Source of the DNA: Candidatus Cloacimonadales bacterium
Lineage (GTDB): Bacteria > Cloacimonadota > Cloacimonadia > Cloacimonadales > DAONDQ01
Assembly: GCA_963662275.1 (NCBI GenBank)
Contig: OY759316.1
Span: 2,080,001-2,144,000 of the forward strand
Length of the DNA: 64,000 nt
Reading direction: 5' to 3'
Below are positions 32,133-41,126 of the stretch, piece after piece. The notes under the pieces were generated by a model that saw only the letters and a list, made by a program, of their open reading frames with translations, did no database searches and was not told the origin of the DNA. Both the position numbers and the translations under genes were made by a program. Numbering within the stretch: the first letter of the stretch is position 1; each line of letters starts with the position of its first letter.

Positions 32133-33254
32133 ATGATAAAAAGATACATTCTTAGTGACATTATCAATATGTCTTTTAAGCATAAGGCGATTATTATCCA
32201 TGGACCTCGTCAGAGTGGAAAGACCACTCTATTAAAGCAATTAGTGACAGAGTTCAATACGACAACCACCTACCTCAATTGTGACGATGCCAGGGACCTC
32301 CTGTTTTTCGAAAGCCAATCCACAACAGCACTCAAAGCAAACCTAGGTAATTCGAAACTTCTCATCATTGATGAAGCGCAAAGGATAAGCAATATTGGAA
32401 TATCGATTAAACTTATGGTCGATAATTTACCTGATGTCCAGATCATAGCTTCAGGTTCATCCTCTTTTGAATTGTCAAATTCAATCAAAGAACCTCTTAC
32501 AGGAAGAAAATTTGAATATAATCTCTTTCCCATCTCCTTTGCTGAAATGGCTGATTACACCAGCCTTTGGGAAGAACAGAAATTCTTAGACCATAGATTA
32601 GTATATGGAATGTATCCGGAAATCTTAACAAGTCACGGGACAGAGGAAAGATTATTAACTAGCTTGGCTGGCAGTTATTTATTCAAAGATATTTTTACAT
32701 TCCAAGACTTAAGAAAGCCTGAACTATTAGATAAGTTGATTAGGGCACTTGCCTTGCAAATAGGTAACGAAGTCTCATATACAGAACTGGCACAGCTTAC
32801 CGGTTCTGACCATAATACTGTTCAAAGGTACATCCAGCTTTTAGAGAATGCATATATCATATTCAGACTACCTAATTATAGCAGTAATTTGAGAAATGAG
32901 ATCAAACGAAGTCGCAAGATATACTTTTTTGATAATGGTATTCGAAATGCACTACTTAACGATTTCAGATCCCTTGAATTACGTGATGATATAGGCAAAC
33001 TCTGGGAAAATTACTGCGTCTCTGAAAGAAGGAAACACTTATCGAACAATCTCCTATCTCGCAACAGCTATTTCTGGCGTAATACAAACCAAAGTGAAAT
33101 TGACTATATCGAAATCTATGAGAATAAAATCAATGCATACGAGTTTAAATGGAATCCAAAAGCTAAAATTAGGATTTCAGCTTTCCAAAAAGTCTATCCG
33201 CAGGCTGAAATTGATCTTATTACACCCAATAATTACAGTAAATTTCTGACATAA
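32133..33254 (+). CDS. AAA+ ATPase, AAA_14/DUF4143 family
   Basis: GPRQSGKTT, IIDEAQ, SGSS, LTGR, KIYFFDNG, EIDY..EFK. Confidence 0.9.
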   Translation: MIKRYILSDIINMSFKHKAIIIHGPRQSGKTTLLKQLVTEFNTTTTYLNCDDARDLLFFESQSTTALKANLGNSKLLIIDEAQRISNIGISIKLMVDNLPDVQIIASGSSSFELSNSIKEPLTGRKFEYNLFPISFAEMADYTSLWEEQKFLDHRLVYGMYPEILTSHGTEERLLTSLAGSYLFKDIFTFQDLRKPELLDKLIRALALQIGNEVSYTELAQLTGSDHNTVQRYIQLLENAYIIFRLPNYSSNLRNEIKRSRKIYFFDNGIRNALLNDFRSLELRDDIGKLWENYCVSERRKHLSNNLLSRNSYFWRNTNQSEIDYIEIYENKINAYEFKWNPKAKIRISAFQKVYPQAEIDLITPNNYSKFLT

Positions 33255-33260
33255 CATTGG

Positions 33261-33334
33261 CATATGAGCACTACGGTACCAATACGGTAGCAATACGGTA
33301 GCATTACGGTAAAAAACCGTATTTGTACCGTAAT
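33261..33334. repeat. TACGG/CCGTA 11-bp-period palindromic repeat, full copy
   Basis: TACGGTA x4 at 11-bp spacing then CCGTA x2; reverse complement of 60706-60780 with about 4 differences. Confidence 0.9.
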
Positions 33335-33410
33335 GGTAAAGCAATGGAACAATAGCTCGTATAGGAGGAGTACATGTGGTTTAGGGATTACCAGCTAATC
33401 TATCAAGTGG

Positions 33411-33430
33411 AGTAGGATTCCAATCCTACT
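33411..33430. repeat. GTAG-type REP palindrome
   Basis: AGTAGGATT-CC-AATCCTACT perfect inverted repeat. Confidence 0.65.
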
Positions 33431-33550
33431 GAAAAACTGACTGGCTGAATTAGATGATTCAATACTACCTCCTAAAGTAGGCGCTACAAGCAGGCGCTAC
33501 ATAGATTGACATTCTCTAATGATGTATAAAGATGAATTCACGAGGTAACA

Positions 33551-34258
33551 ATGGCAACATCCTGGACAACGAGACAAGGTACGGTAATAACACAGCTATT
33601 GAACAAAAGGTGTAATGTGTTTTTGGTATCCTGTGGAGATAAACATTTATTAGTCGATTCCAGCAGGAAGCCTGAACGTGAACTCCTGGTGCAGGGATTG
33701 AAAGCACTTGGCATTGATCATTTAGAGTTCCTTATCCTGACCCATACCCATTTTGACCATACAGAGAATGCTGCGTTTATCCAGAGAAATTATGGAGCAA
33801 AAGTAATCGTGCATGAGAAAGAAGCTGCTTTACTGGGAGCCGGCTATACACCAATTCCACCCGGGACAGTGCTCTTTACGAAATTCATTACTACTTTCAT
33901 TGCTCCCTTCCTGAAGAAGAAATTTGTCTATGAACCCTGTCAGGCTGATGTATTGGTTAAAGATGAGCTGGATCTATCTGATTACGGATTTACTGCGAGG
34001 ATAATTCATACTCCCGGTCATACGAAAGGTTCCATGAGCCTGATTATTGATAATGAGATCGCTTTGGTCGGTGATGCCATGTTTGGCATTCTACCGAATA
34101 AGATTTTTCCTCCCTATGGAGAAGATGTTCCTGGGATTATCAAGAGCTGGGAAAAACTGCTAGCCACCAGTTGTTATCTCTTTATTTCTTCTCACGGTAC
34201 GGAAAATACACGGGCATTGGTGCAGGATGGCTATGGGAAAGAAAAGGCTAGAGACTAA
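33551..34258 (+). CDS. MBL-fold metallo-hydrolase
   Basis: THTHFDH, HTPGHTKGS, GDA, H. Confidence 0.9.
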   Translation: MATSWTTRQGTVITQLLNKRCNVFLVSCGDKHLLVDSSRKPERELLVQGLKALGIDHLEFLILTHTHFDHTENAAFIQRNYGAKVIVHEKEAALLGAGYTPIPPGTVLFTKFITTFIAPFLKKKFVYEPCQADVLVKDELDLSDYGFTARIIHTPGHTKGSMSLIIDNEIALVGDAMFGILPNKIFPPYGEDVPGIIKSWEKLLATSCYLFISSHGTENTRALVQDGYGKEKARD

Positions 34259-34504
34259 TGGAAATAGGAAGAATTAAGAATTGCAGAGTAGATAAATAGC
34301 ACTAGCTATTTATTTAATGTTCCAGCATACTCACTTCCGGAATATTCATCGGTAACCCAGCTTAAATTTTGTAAAAGAAACTTCTCCTTCTAATTTGTGA
34401 CTTATGGTGAAATCATAATACTAAACAAAATCTTGACTATAATGATTAATAATTATTATTAAAATTCATCAGTAAATTTTATCGCTATACTAATTCATGA
34501 TATT

Positions 34505-35833
34505 TTGAAGAAGATAATTATGGAGTTAACAGATATGATTACTAGAGCAATGATTGATTTTTTTGGATTAGCAGGAGCTATTATTTCAATTATTACAGCG
34601 ATTGTATTAGTAACACTTTTTTTCGCAAAAATTCAAGCTAAAATTACGGAAAGTAAGCTAAAAGATGATAATGACAAATTGCAGCTCAAAATAGCAGAAA
34701 TAAATTCACGATTATCAGTATCAAATGATTTATTATCAGAAGCAAAGAAAGTAGGAACTCCAATTCTTTTATTAAAACTTGAATTAGACAAGACCCTTTC
34801 AATAGCAAAATCTTTTCTTTCTGCAACAGCAGCTTCTATTTTGGTAAAAAACCCTAGATCTGTAAGAGAGGAACTAATTTTTTTAGCAGTTGATTCTCCT
34901 AATGCTTTCAGTTTAATCAAACAGAGAATTCCTTGTGGAGAATCTGATAAAGGAATTGCTGCAACAGTTTTTAAAACTGGAAGAGCATATACTTCAGTTG
35001 ATACAAATGTAGATAAAATATTTAATCCTTCTATTGATAAACGCGTAGATTTCAAAACAGAAAATATACTTGCATTACCTCTAAAGATCGAAGGAAAAAC
35101 TATTGGAGTGATTGAATTTTTAAATAAGATGTCAGGTTCCTTTAATGAAGATGATTTGCGAAGAGCTAATAATTTGCTTAAATCTCTTTCTAATGAAGTT
35201 AATAGCTTTATAGAAAAACCTGAAAATTTTGAAATTTTGGGTATTGCTTCTGAAAAGGGATTAGCAAAAGGAACTGTTTTAATTATTGATTTATCTAACT
35301 CTTCTTCTCTATTAGAATTATATCCTGTACCTTTAGCTGTCGATCTGTTGAATGAATATATGGATGTTCTCGGAGAAGAGGGAACTAAATATGGAGCAAC
35401 AATTGATAAATTCACAGGGGATGGTTTCATTTTGCTTTTCAATGTACCAAAACCATTGAATAATTTCGAATTCAATGCAATAAAAACTGCATGTGATTTG
35501 CAAACAAAATTCATAGAAATGAAGAATAGGTGGGTTGATAGCGGTGTACCTGCCAAAGCCATATATCAGCGTATCAGTATTTCTACAGGTGACTTGGCAG
35601 AAGTTATAATTGGTCCTTATCAACACAAAGAGCAAACGGTACTAGGTATGCCTATGATGATAGCAAGCAATTTGTCATTGATTTCTATTCGAACAGATAA
35701 TTTGATTGTGATAGATAATGAAACTAATGAAGCAGTCAAAGAACTAATAAGTTCAACTGAGTTTTCAATACCAAAGAATTCAAAGTCCCATAAATTAACA
35801 CCTAAAGCATTTGAAGTATTGGAGATTAATTAA
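34505..35833 (+). CDS. TM-coiled coil-GAF-class III nucleotide cyclase-like protein (start uncertain)
   Basis: N-terminal TM; GAF (GIAATV, LALPL..IGVIEFLNK); cyclase motifs VLIID and DKFTGDG. Confidence 0.82.
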   Translation: MKKIIMELTDMITRAMIDFFGLAGAIISIITAIVLVTLFFAKIQAKITESKLKDDNDKLQLKIAEINSRLSVSNDLLSEAKKVGTPILLLKLELDKTLSIAKSFLSATAASILVKNPRSVREELIFLAVDSPNAFSLIKQRIPCGESDKGIAATVFKTGRAYTSVDTNVDKIFNPSIDKRVDFKTENILALPLKIEGKTIGVIEFLNKMSGSFNEDDLRRANNLLKSLSNEVNSFIEKPENFEILGIASEKGLAKGTVLIIDLSNSSSLLELYPVPLAVDLLNEYMDVLGEEGTKYGATIDKFTGDGFILLFNVPKPLNNFEFNAIKTACDLQTKFIEMKNRWVDSGVPAKAIYQRISISTGDLAEVIIGPYQHKEQTVLGMPMMIASNLSLISIRTDNLIVIDNETNEAVKELISSTEFSIPKNSKSHKLTPKAFEVLEIN

Positions 35834-36116
35834 TTTTTAAGGAAATTCTGATGTTCTCTCTTTTATGCACCTATTGATGAAATGATTGGTACATCTCAAA
35901 CCATTAGCAGAGACAATAGAAACTAGCTATCAGTTTTGGTTTAACATAACTTTTGTACTTTCTTGCTAGTTAAAACATTTATAAATAATATTCTTAGTCT
36001 AGAGGAAAATGCATAGCCGTTTGAAAACAGCGTTCAATATAATTTTCCTTGACCAATCAGGAGGATTCCAAAGGTTTGAATTTAATCACATTAAGAAATT
36101 ATGCAAGGAGTTATAA

Positions 36117-36281
36117 ATGGGAAAGAATCATCGTGGAAAAGGCATTGTCATGTTACCCGCACACGGCAGAGGTGTATGCCCCATATGCCATCGTACGGGA
36201 ATCAAATTACTGTTTGATATAAAGCAAGAAGACAAGACCATAAAAGTTTGCAAGGTATGTAATAAGATCTCTGCACGCTAA
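36117..36281 (+). CDS. Small basic zinc-ribbon protein (54 aa), absent from the ORF track
   Basis: AAGGAG RBS; MGKNHRGKGIVMLPAHGRGVCPICHRTGIKLLFDIKQEDKTIKVCKVCNKISAR; own terminator. Confidence 0.8.
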   Translation: MGKNHRGKGIVMLPAHGRGVCPICHRTGIKLLFDIKQEDKTIKVCKVCNKISAR

Positions 36282-36301
36282 TCATATTGCCTAAAGTTTT
36301 T

Positions 36302-36342
36302 AAACCTGATCCTGTTTGTGATGAATAGATCAGGTTTTTTTT
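36302..36342 (+). terminator. Intrinsic terminator
   Basis: AAACCTGATC...GATCAGGTTT followed by a T tract. Confidence 0.75.
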
Positions 36343-36517
36343 ATTTTATGTATGATCGGCATTATCTTTACAAGGAACCGTCTGAAGACAGCGCTACAAT
36401 AGGAATCACGCTCTACAGTTTTTTATTTACAAAAAGAAACATAAAATACATTAGGATTTAACTGGAATAAATTATAATATAAGTACATACAGTCTTAACA
36501 TCAAAAAAGAGCGAATT

Positions 36518-37681
36518 ATGTTGAAAGATAAGAAAGTACTTCTCGGTGTCACAGGTGGAATTGCTGCTTATAAAGCAATCGACCTGGCAAGTCATCTCAC
36601 GAAAGCCGGTGCCATTGTCAGAACGATCATGACTGATCATGCCAGTGAATTTGTGACTCCTATCAATTTTGCTGCCATCACGCACCAACCTGTTTACTGG
36701 AATCAATGGGATGTAGCAGAACCTATAGCTCATATCACATGCGCAGATTGGGCAGATATCGTTGTGATTGCTCCTGCGACAGCAAATATCATTGCCAAGG
36801 CTGCACATGGTATAGCAGACGATCTTCTATCTTCCACAATACTGGCAGTGACCTCTCCCCTATTATTTATACCAGCTATGAATATACATATGTTTGCAAA
36901 TCCTATTACCCAGGACAATATTCAAAGCCTGGCAAAGCGCGGTATTTTCTGTCTTGAACCTGATAAGGGCAGTCTTGCCTGCGGATATGAAGGGAAAGGA
37001 CGTTTTCCTGATACTAAGGAAATCATGTATGCAATAGATACCTATATGGAACACAGCAAAGATCTTCTGCATAAGAAGATTCTCATCACTGCCGGTGGTT
37101 CTGTGGAAAATATAGATCCCATGCGTGCCATTACAAATATGTCATCCGGTAAAATGGGTCTGGCATTGGCACGTGCAGCCTGGTTACGTGGGGCTGAGGT
37201 GACATTTATTCATAGTTCCATCTCAGAAAAAATACCCTACTACCTGGAACCAATTTGCGCCATGTCAGCAGACGAAATGTATAAAGCTGTTCATTCACAA
37301 GCTGATTTCCAGGATATCATTATCATGGCAGCAGCGGTTGCTGATTACACCATTCTAAAACCTGAATCGCAAAAGATCAAGAAAACTGGTGAGTTGAATA
37401 TTTCGCTTGTGAGGACAAAAGACATTTTAGAAGATTTAGGGAAAATACGGAAAAAGCATCTGAAACTAGTCGGTTTTGCAGCAGAAACTAAAGATCTGGA
37501 AAAGTATGCCCGTGAGAAATTAGTTAAGAAGCATCTTGATATGATTGTAGCTAACTACTTAAATGTTAGCGGGAAAGAGGACACGGAGGTTATCATTTTA
37601 TCCTCCAAGACGAACAAAACATTTAATGGCAGTAAGTTTCAAATAGCCCATAACATATTGGACCAGATCATCCATGAATAA
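36518..37681 (+). CDS. coaBC: Phosphopantothenoylcysteine decarboxylase/synthetase
   Basis: GVTGGIAAYK, APATAN, PAMN, NMSSGKMG, AAAVADY, GFAAET. Confidence 0.97.
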   Translation: MLKDKKVLLGVTGGIAAYKAIDLASHLTKAGAIVRTIMTDHASEFVTPINFAAITHQPVYWNQWDVAEPIAHITCADWADIVVIAPATANIIAKAAHGIADDLLSSTILAVTSPLLFIPAMNIHMFANPITQDNIQSLAKRGIFCLEPDKGSLACGYEGKGRFPDTKEIMYAIDTYMEHSKDLLHKKILITAGGSVENIDPMRAITNMSSGKMGLALARAAWLRGAEVTFIHSSISEKIPYYLEPICAMSADEMYKAVHSQADFQDIIIMAAAVADYTILKPESQKIKKTGELNISLVRTKDILEDLGKIRKKHLKLVGFAAETKDLEKYAREKLVKKHLDMIVANYLNVSGKEDTEVIILSSKTNKTFNGSKFQIAHNILDQIIHE

Positions 37682-38423
37682 GCATGTAGTTTTGATCACT
37701 GGAGCAAATAGCAATATTGGTTCAAAGCTTGCAGAAAGCTTCCTGGAAGATGGTTTTTCTGTTCTACTGCTTGTGCATAAAAACCAGGAAAAGATTCAGC
37801 ATTTAAAAAAGCATGTAAATAAAGTATTCATTACTGCCTGTGACCTTTCAAATTGGGAAGAAACAAATGCTGCCGTTCAGCAACTCATCATAGAATCAGA
37901 GTTGAAACCTTATGCGTTAATCCATACTGCAACGGTCAGGAGTAACGATTCATTATCGCTGGTGGAATCTGAATCCTTGAAATGGACTGATGTTCTGCAG
38001 ACGAATGTTGTTTCAGCGTACCATATTTTAAAAGCGGTTCTTCCCTATATGGTAGAACAACATGAGGGAAGAATTGTTTTATTCGGATCGGATGTCAGTC
38101 GCAGCGGATTGGCATACGGTACGGCATATAGTGCTTCCAAATCAGCGATTGCGAATTTAAGTAAAAGCCTGGCTTTGGAACTTGCTGATTCAGGAGTCCT
38201 GGTCAATACATTATCTCCTGGACCAGTACTGACAGATGATAGGCAATTCGACTTAGAATATCGAGAATTCAGAAGAGATTACTTCCAGAAGCAGCTCTCA
38301 AAGATTCCATTAAATCGGTATGTGAATATCTCGGATATTTATCACTTGTGTAAGTTCTTAGTTTCGGAATATAATTCATACTTAACAGGGGATGAAATAT
38401 TCCTGACCGGAGGAAAATCGTAA
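37674..38423 (+). CDS. SDR family oxidoreductase
   Basis: TGANSNIG, YSASK, VNTLSPG. Confidence 0.88.
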   Translation: MNKHVVLITGANSNIGSKLAESFLEDGFSVLLLVHKNQEKIQHLKKHVNKVFITACDLSNWEETNAAVQQLIIESELKPYALIHTATVRSNDSLSLVESESLKWTDVLQTNVVSAYHILKAVLPYMVEQHEGRIVLFGSDVSRSGLAYGTAYSASKSAIANLSKSLALELADSGVLVNTLSPGPVLTDDRQFDLEYREFRRDYFQKQLSKIPLNRYVNISDIYHLCKFLVSEYNSYLTGDEIFLTGGKS

Positions 38424-39184
38424 TGATGAGATCTTTAGTACTATTATTCATACTTTGCTTTGCTTTGTTTGCAACATCAGGATATGCTTTTATGTCAGGT
38501 GAAAAACTAACCTTTGTTGTCAGTTTTGGCAGCATTAAAGCAGCCGAAGCTACCATAGAAGTCAATGATATGCTTTACATGCGGAAGACACCTGCTTATC
38601 AGATAACTTCAACTGCCAGGACATATCCATTCTTTGATAACTTCTTCAAAGTTCGAGATTCTATAGAATCCATTTGGGATAAGGAAGACCAGGTATCGCT
38701 GCAATTCACCAAGAATTTAAATGAAGGTAAATATAGGCAGTATCGTATCATAAACTATAATCCTGCTAAGAATACCGCTGTTTACAGGAGATGGCAGTTT
38801 AAGGAAAATCTTTTCAAAGATAAGGAGATCTCTATTTTCCCAAAAACACAGGATATCTTCGCTGCTTTTTATCTAACCCGCATGCAGGATCTGCAAGTTG
38901 GTAAGGATTTCTATATCAAATGCTGTACGGAAGGTAAGAACTATACAACCTGCGTAGTCGTACATCGTATTGAAAAAATCAATACGATCTTTGGTCAGAT
39001 TGAGTGTCTAGTCATCGAGCCAAAACTTGCTGGGGAAGCAATCTTCAAACAGACAGGTCAAATTTACATTTGGGTAACAAATGATGCCTATAAAATTCCT
39101 GTTCAAATGGAAAGCAAGATATCCGTAGGCAAATTCAAAGCAAAATTAAGCGAAGCAGTGAATGTCCCTTACAAACAAAAGTAG
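38423..39184 (+). CDS. DUF3108-like exported protein
   Basis: Signal peptide; GEKLTF, FFKVRD, IWVTND..KIPV. Confidence 0.75.
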   Translation: MMRSLVLLFILCFALFATSGYAFMSGEKLTFVVSFGSIKAAEATIEVNDMLYMRKTPAYQITSTARTYPFFDNFFKVRDSIESIWDKEDQVSLQFTKNLNEGKYRQYRIINYNPAKNTAVYRRWQFKENLFKDKEISIFPKTQDIFAAFYLTRMQDLQVGKDFYIKCCTEGKNYTTCVVVHRIEKINTIFGQIECLVIEPKLAGEAIFKQTGQIYIWVTNDAYKIPVQMESKISVGKFKAKLSEAVNVPYKQK

Positions 39185-40193
39185 CTATTATTACGATCTT
39201 CCTCCTGAATTGATAGCCCAGTATCCTCTTACAAGCAGATCTGAATCACGATTGATGTATTTAGATAGAAAAACTGGTGAAGTTAATCACAAATCATTTA
39301 CACAGATCATCCAATTCTTTCAACCAGGCGATGTTTTGGTATTGAATTGTACTAAAGTTATCCCGGCAAGACTTATCGGTCATAAACCCAATGGCGGTAA
39401 AGCAGAAGTTTTTCTTCTTCATCAAATCAAAGATAATACCTGGAAAGCCCTGGTAAGACCTGGAAGACGTTGTCACATTGGAACGGAATTAGTATTCACA
39501 GATGGACTAACCGGTACAATTGTAGGTTATGAAGAAGAACAGACACGTATCATTGAATTCAGTTGGGAAGGAGATTTCTGGCAGGTATTGGAACATGCTG
39601 GTCAGGTTCCGCTACCCCCCTATATCCATCATATACCTGATGCTTTCGATAAAGAGCATTACCAGACAGTCTATGCCAAGGAAAAAGGTTCCGTTGCCGC
39701 TCCAACTGCAGGCTTACATTTTACACAGGAAATTCTTGATCTGTTAACAGAGAAGGGAGTTATTATCCAGGAAGTAATTCTTCATGTAGGTTTGGGTACA
39801 TTTCGCCCCGTCAAAACAGAGAATATACTCGAACATAAGATGCATAAGGAATACTGTCAGATACTACCGGAAACTGCAGCAATAATAAATCAAGCAAAAC
39901 GGGAAAAGCATCGGCTTATCGCAGTTGGAACCACCAGTGCCAGGACGCTTGAAAGTTTTACCAAAGACGGAGTATTGCAATCCGGAGAGCATTGGACAGA
40001 TCTCTTTATGTATCCTGGTAAATCATTTCAACTCATTGATGGATTAATCACCAATTTTCATATGCCGGAATCAACGCTGATGATGCTTGTGTCCGCATTA
40101 GCCGGTTACGAACATATTATGAACGCATATCAGATCGCTGTTCGGGAAAAGTATCGCTTTTTCAGTTATGGTGATGCCATGATTATCATTTAG
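39162..40193 (+). CDS. queA: S-adenosylmethionine:tRNA ribosyltransferase-isomerase
   Basis: LPPELIAQYP, PLPPYI, AAPTAGLHFT, TNFH, YRFFSYGDAM. Confidence 0.97.
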   Translation: MSLTNKSSYYYDLPPELIAQYPLTSRSESRLMYLDRKTGEVNHKSFTQIIQFFQPGDVLVLNCTKVIPARLIGHKPNGGKAEVFLLHQIKDNTWKALVRPGRRCHIGTELVFTDGLTGTIVGYEEEQTRIIEFSWEGDFWQVLEHAGQVPLPPYIHHIPDAFDKEHYQTVYAKEKGSVAAPTAGLHFTQEILDLLTEKGVIIQEVILHVGLGTFRPVKTENILEHKMHKEYCQILPETAAIINQAKREKHRLIAVGTTSARTLESFTKDGVLQSGEHWTDLFMYPGKSFQLIDGLITNFHMPESTLMMLVSALAGYEHIMNAYQIAVREKYRFFSYGDAMIII

Positions 40194-40207
40194 GAGTTAA
40201 GCAAATA

Positions 40208-40960
40208 ATGAAAGATTTCTCTCATCCACTTTTCGATGATTATTTCTGGTATCCGAAACTTGCAAGTACTTCAAATCAAGCTTTAAAACTGATTCAAGAT
40301 AGAAGTGTACACGGTCATTTCCTAGTAGTTGCGGATGTTCAGACAAATGGACGAGGTAGAAAAGGGGCTACCTGGTTTTCTCCTGGAGGTGGAATCTGGC
40401 TGACTACTGCTTTTTATGATCTACCGGAACAAAGTACTCTGACAATTCTAATCGGGAATTGCATCCACCAGGCATTAGTGGAAGTATTCCCTGAAATAGC
40501 TGATGATCTTTTACTGAAATGGCCTAATGATGTTATGCTGAGCGGTTTGAAGATCGCCGGTATACTGACGGAGCAGTTCCCTGCTTTGAATTATACATTA
40601 GTTGGTATTGGCATTGATAGCAATGTGCAAAACATTCCAAGCGAAATAGCAGTAATTTCTACCTCTCTTTCCATCTTTACTGGGAAAGAGGTGGATAATG
40701 TACAGATTCTAACTAAAGTATTTGAGACATTAGCCAGAAATTTACCCGGATATCTGGAGAATGGTATTAACGATAGCGTGAAATACCATAATCGGTTTTC
40801 TTTCTTGCGTGACAAACAGATTGAAATAATGACAGACTTTGGCAGCTATAGTGGATTTTGCCGGGGATTAAATCGGGAAGGAGCTATCATTCTGGAAATG
40901 GATTCCGGTTTAAGGCAGCCATTTTTTAGTGGGAGCATCAATATTCATTCAGCAGATTAA
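40208..40960 (+). CDS. birA: Biotin-protein ligase (no HTH domain)
   Basis: QTNGRGRKG, KWPNDV, KIAGILTE. Confidence 0.9.
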   Translation: MKDFSHPLFDDYFWYPKLASTSNQALKLIQDRSVHGHFLVVADVQTNGRGRKGATWFSPGGGIWLTTAFYDLPEQSTLTILIGNCIHQALVEVFPEIADDLLLKWPNDVMLSGLKIAGILTEQFPALNYTLVGIGIDSNVQNIPSEIAVISTSLSIFTGKEVDNVQILTKVFETLARNLPGYLENGINDSVKYHNRFSFLRDKQIEIMTDFGSYSGFCRGLNREGAIILEMDSGLRQPFFSGSINIHSAD

Positions 40961-41126
40961 CGAAATTCACCTGATTTTTAAGTTAGCGCAAGGAATAAAT
41001 TGACGTTTTTTTATCCTAAACAATTATATCTCGTTGACAATGAATTTCCACCCAATATTTGTGGTTTTACATGGAAATAGCGGTTATGAATAGTAAGTAT
41101 AGATCAAAAGATAAAAAACTGGAGGA

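Noticed and set aside
34633..35562. 309-aa antisense ORF inside the cyclase gene
   Set aside because: Stops in this frame need particular Tyr/His/Gln codon junctions on the sense strand, and those residues are scarce there; no recognisable motifs. Treated as a shadow ORF.
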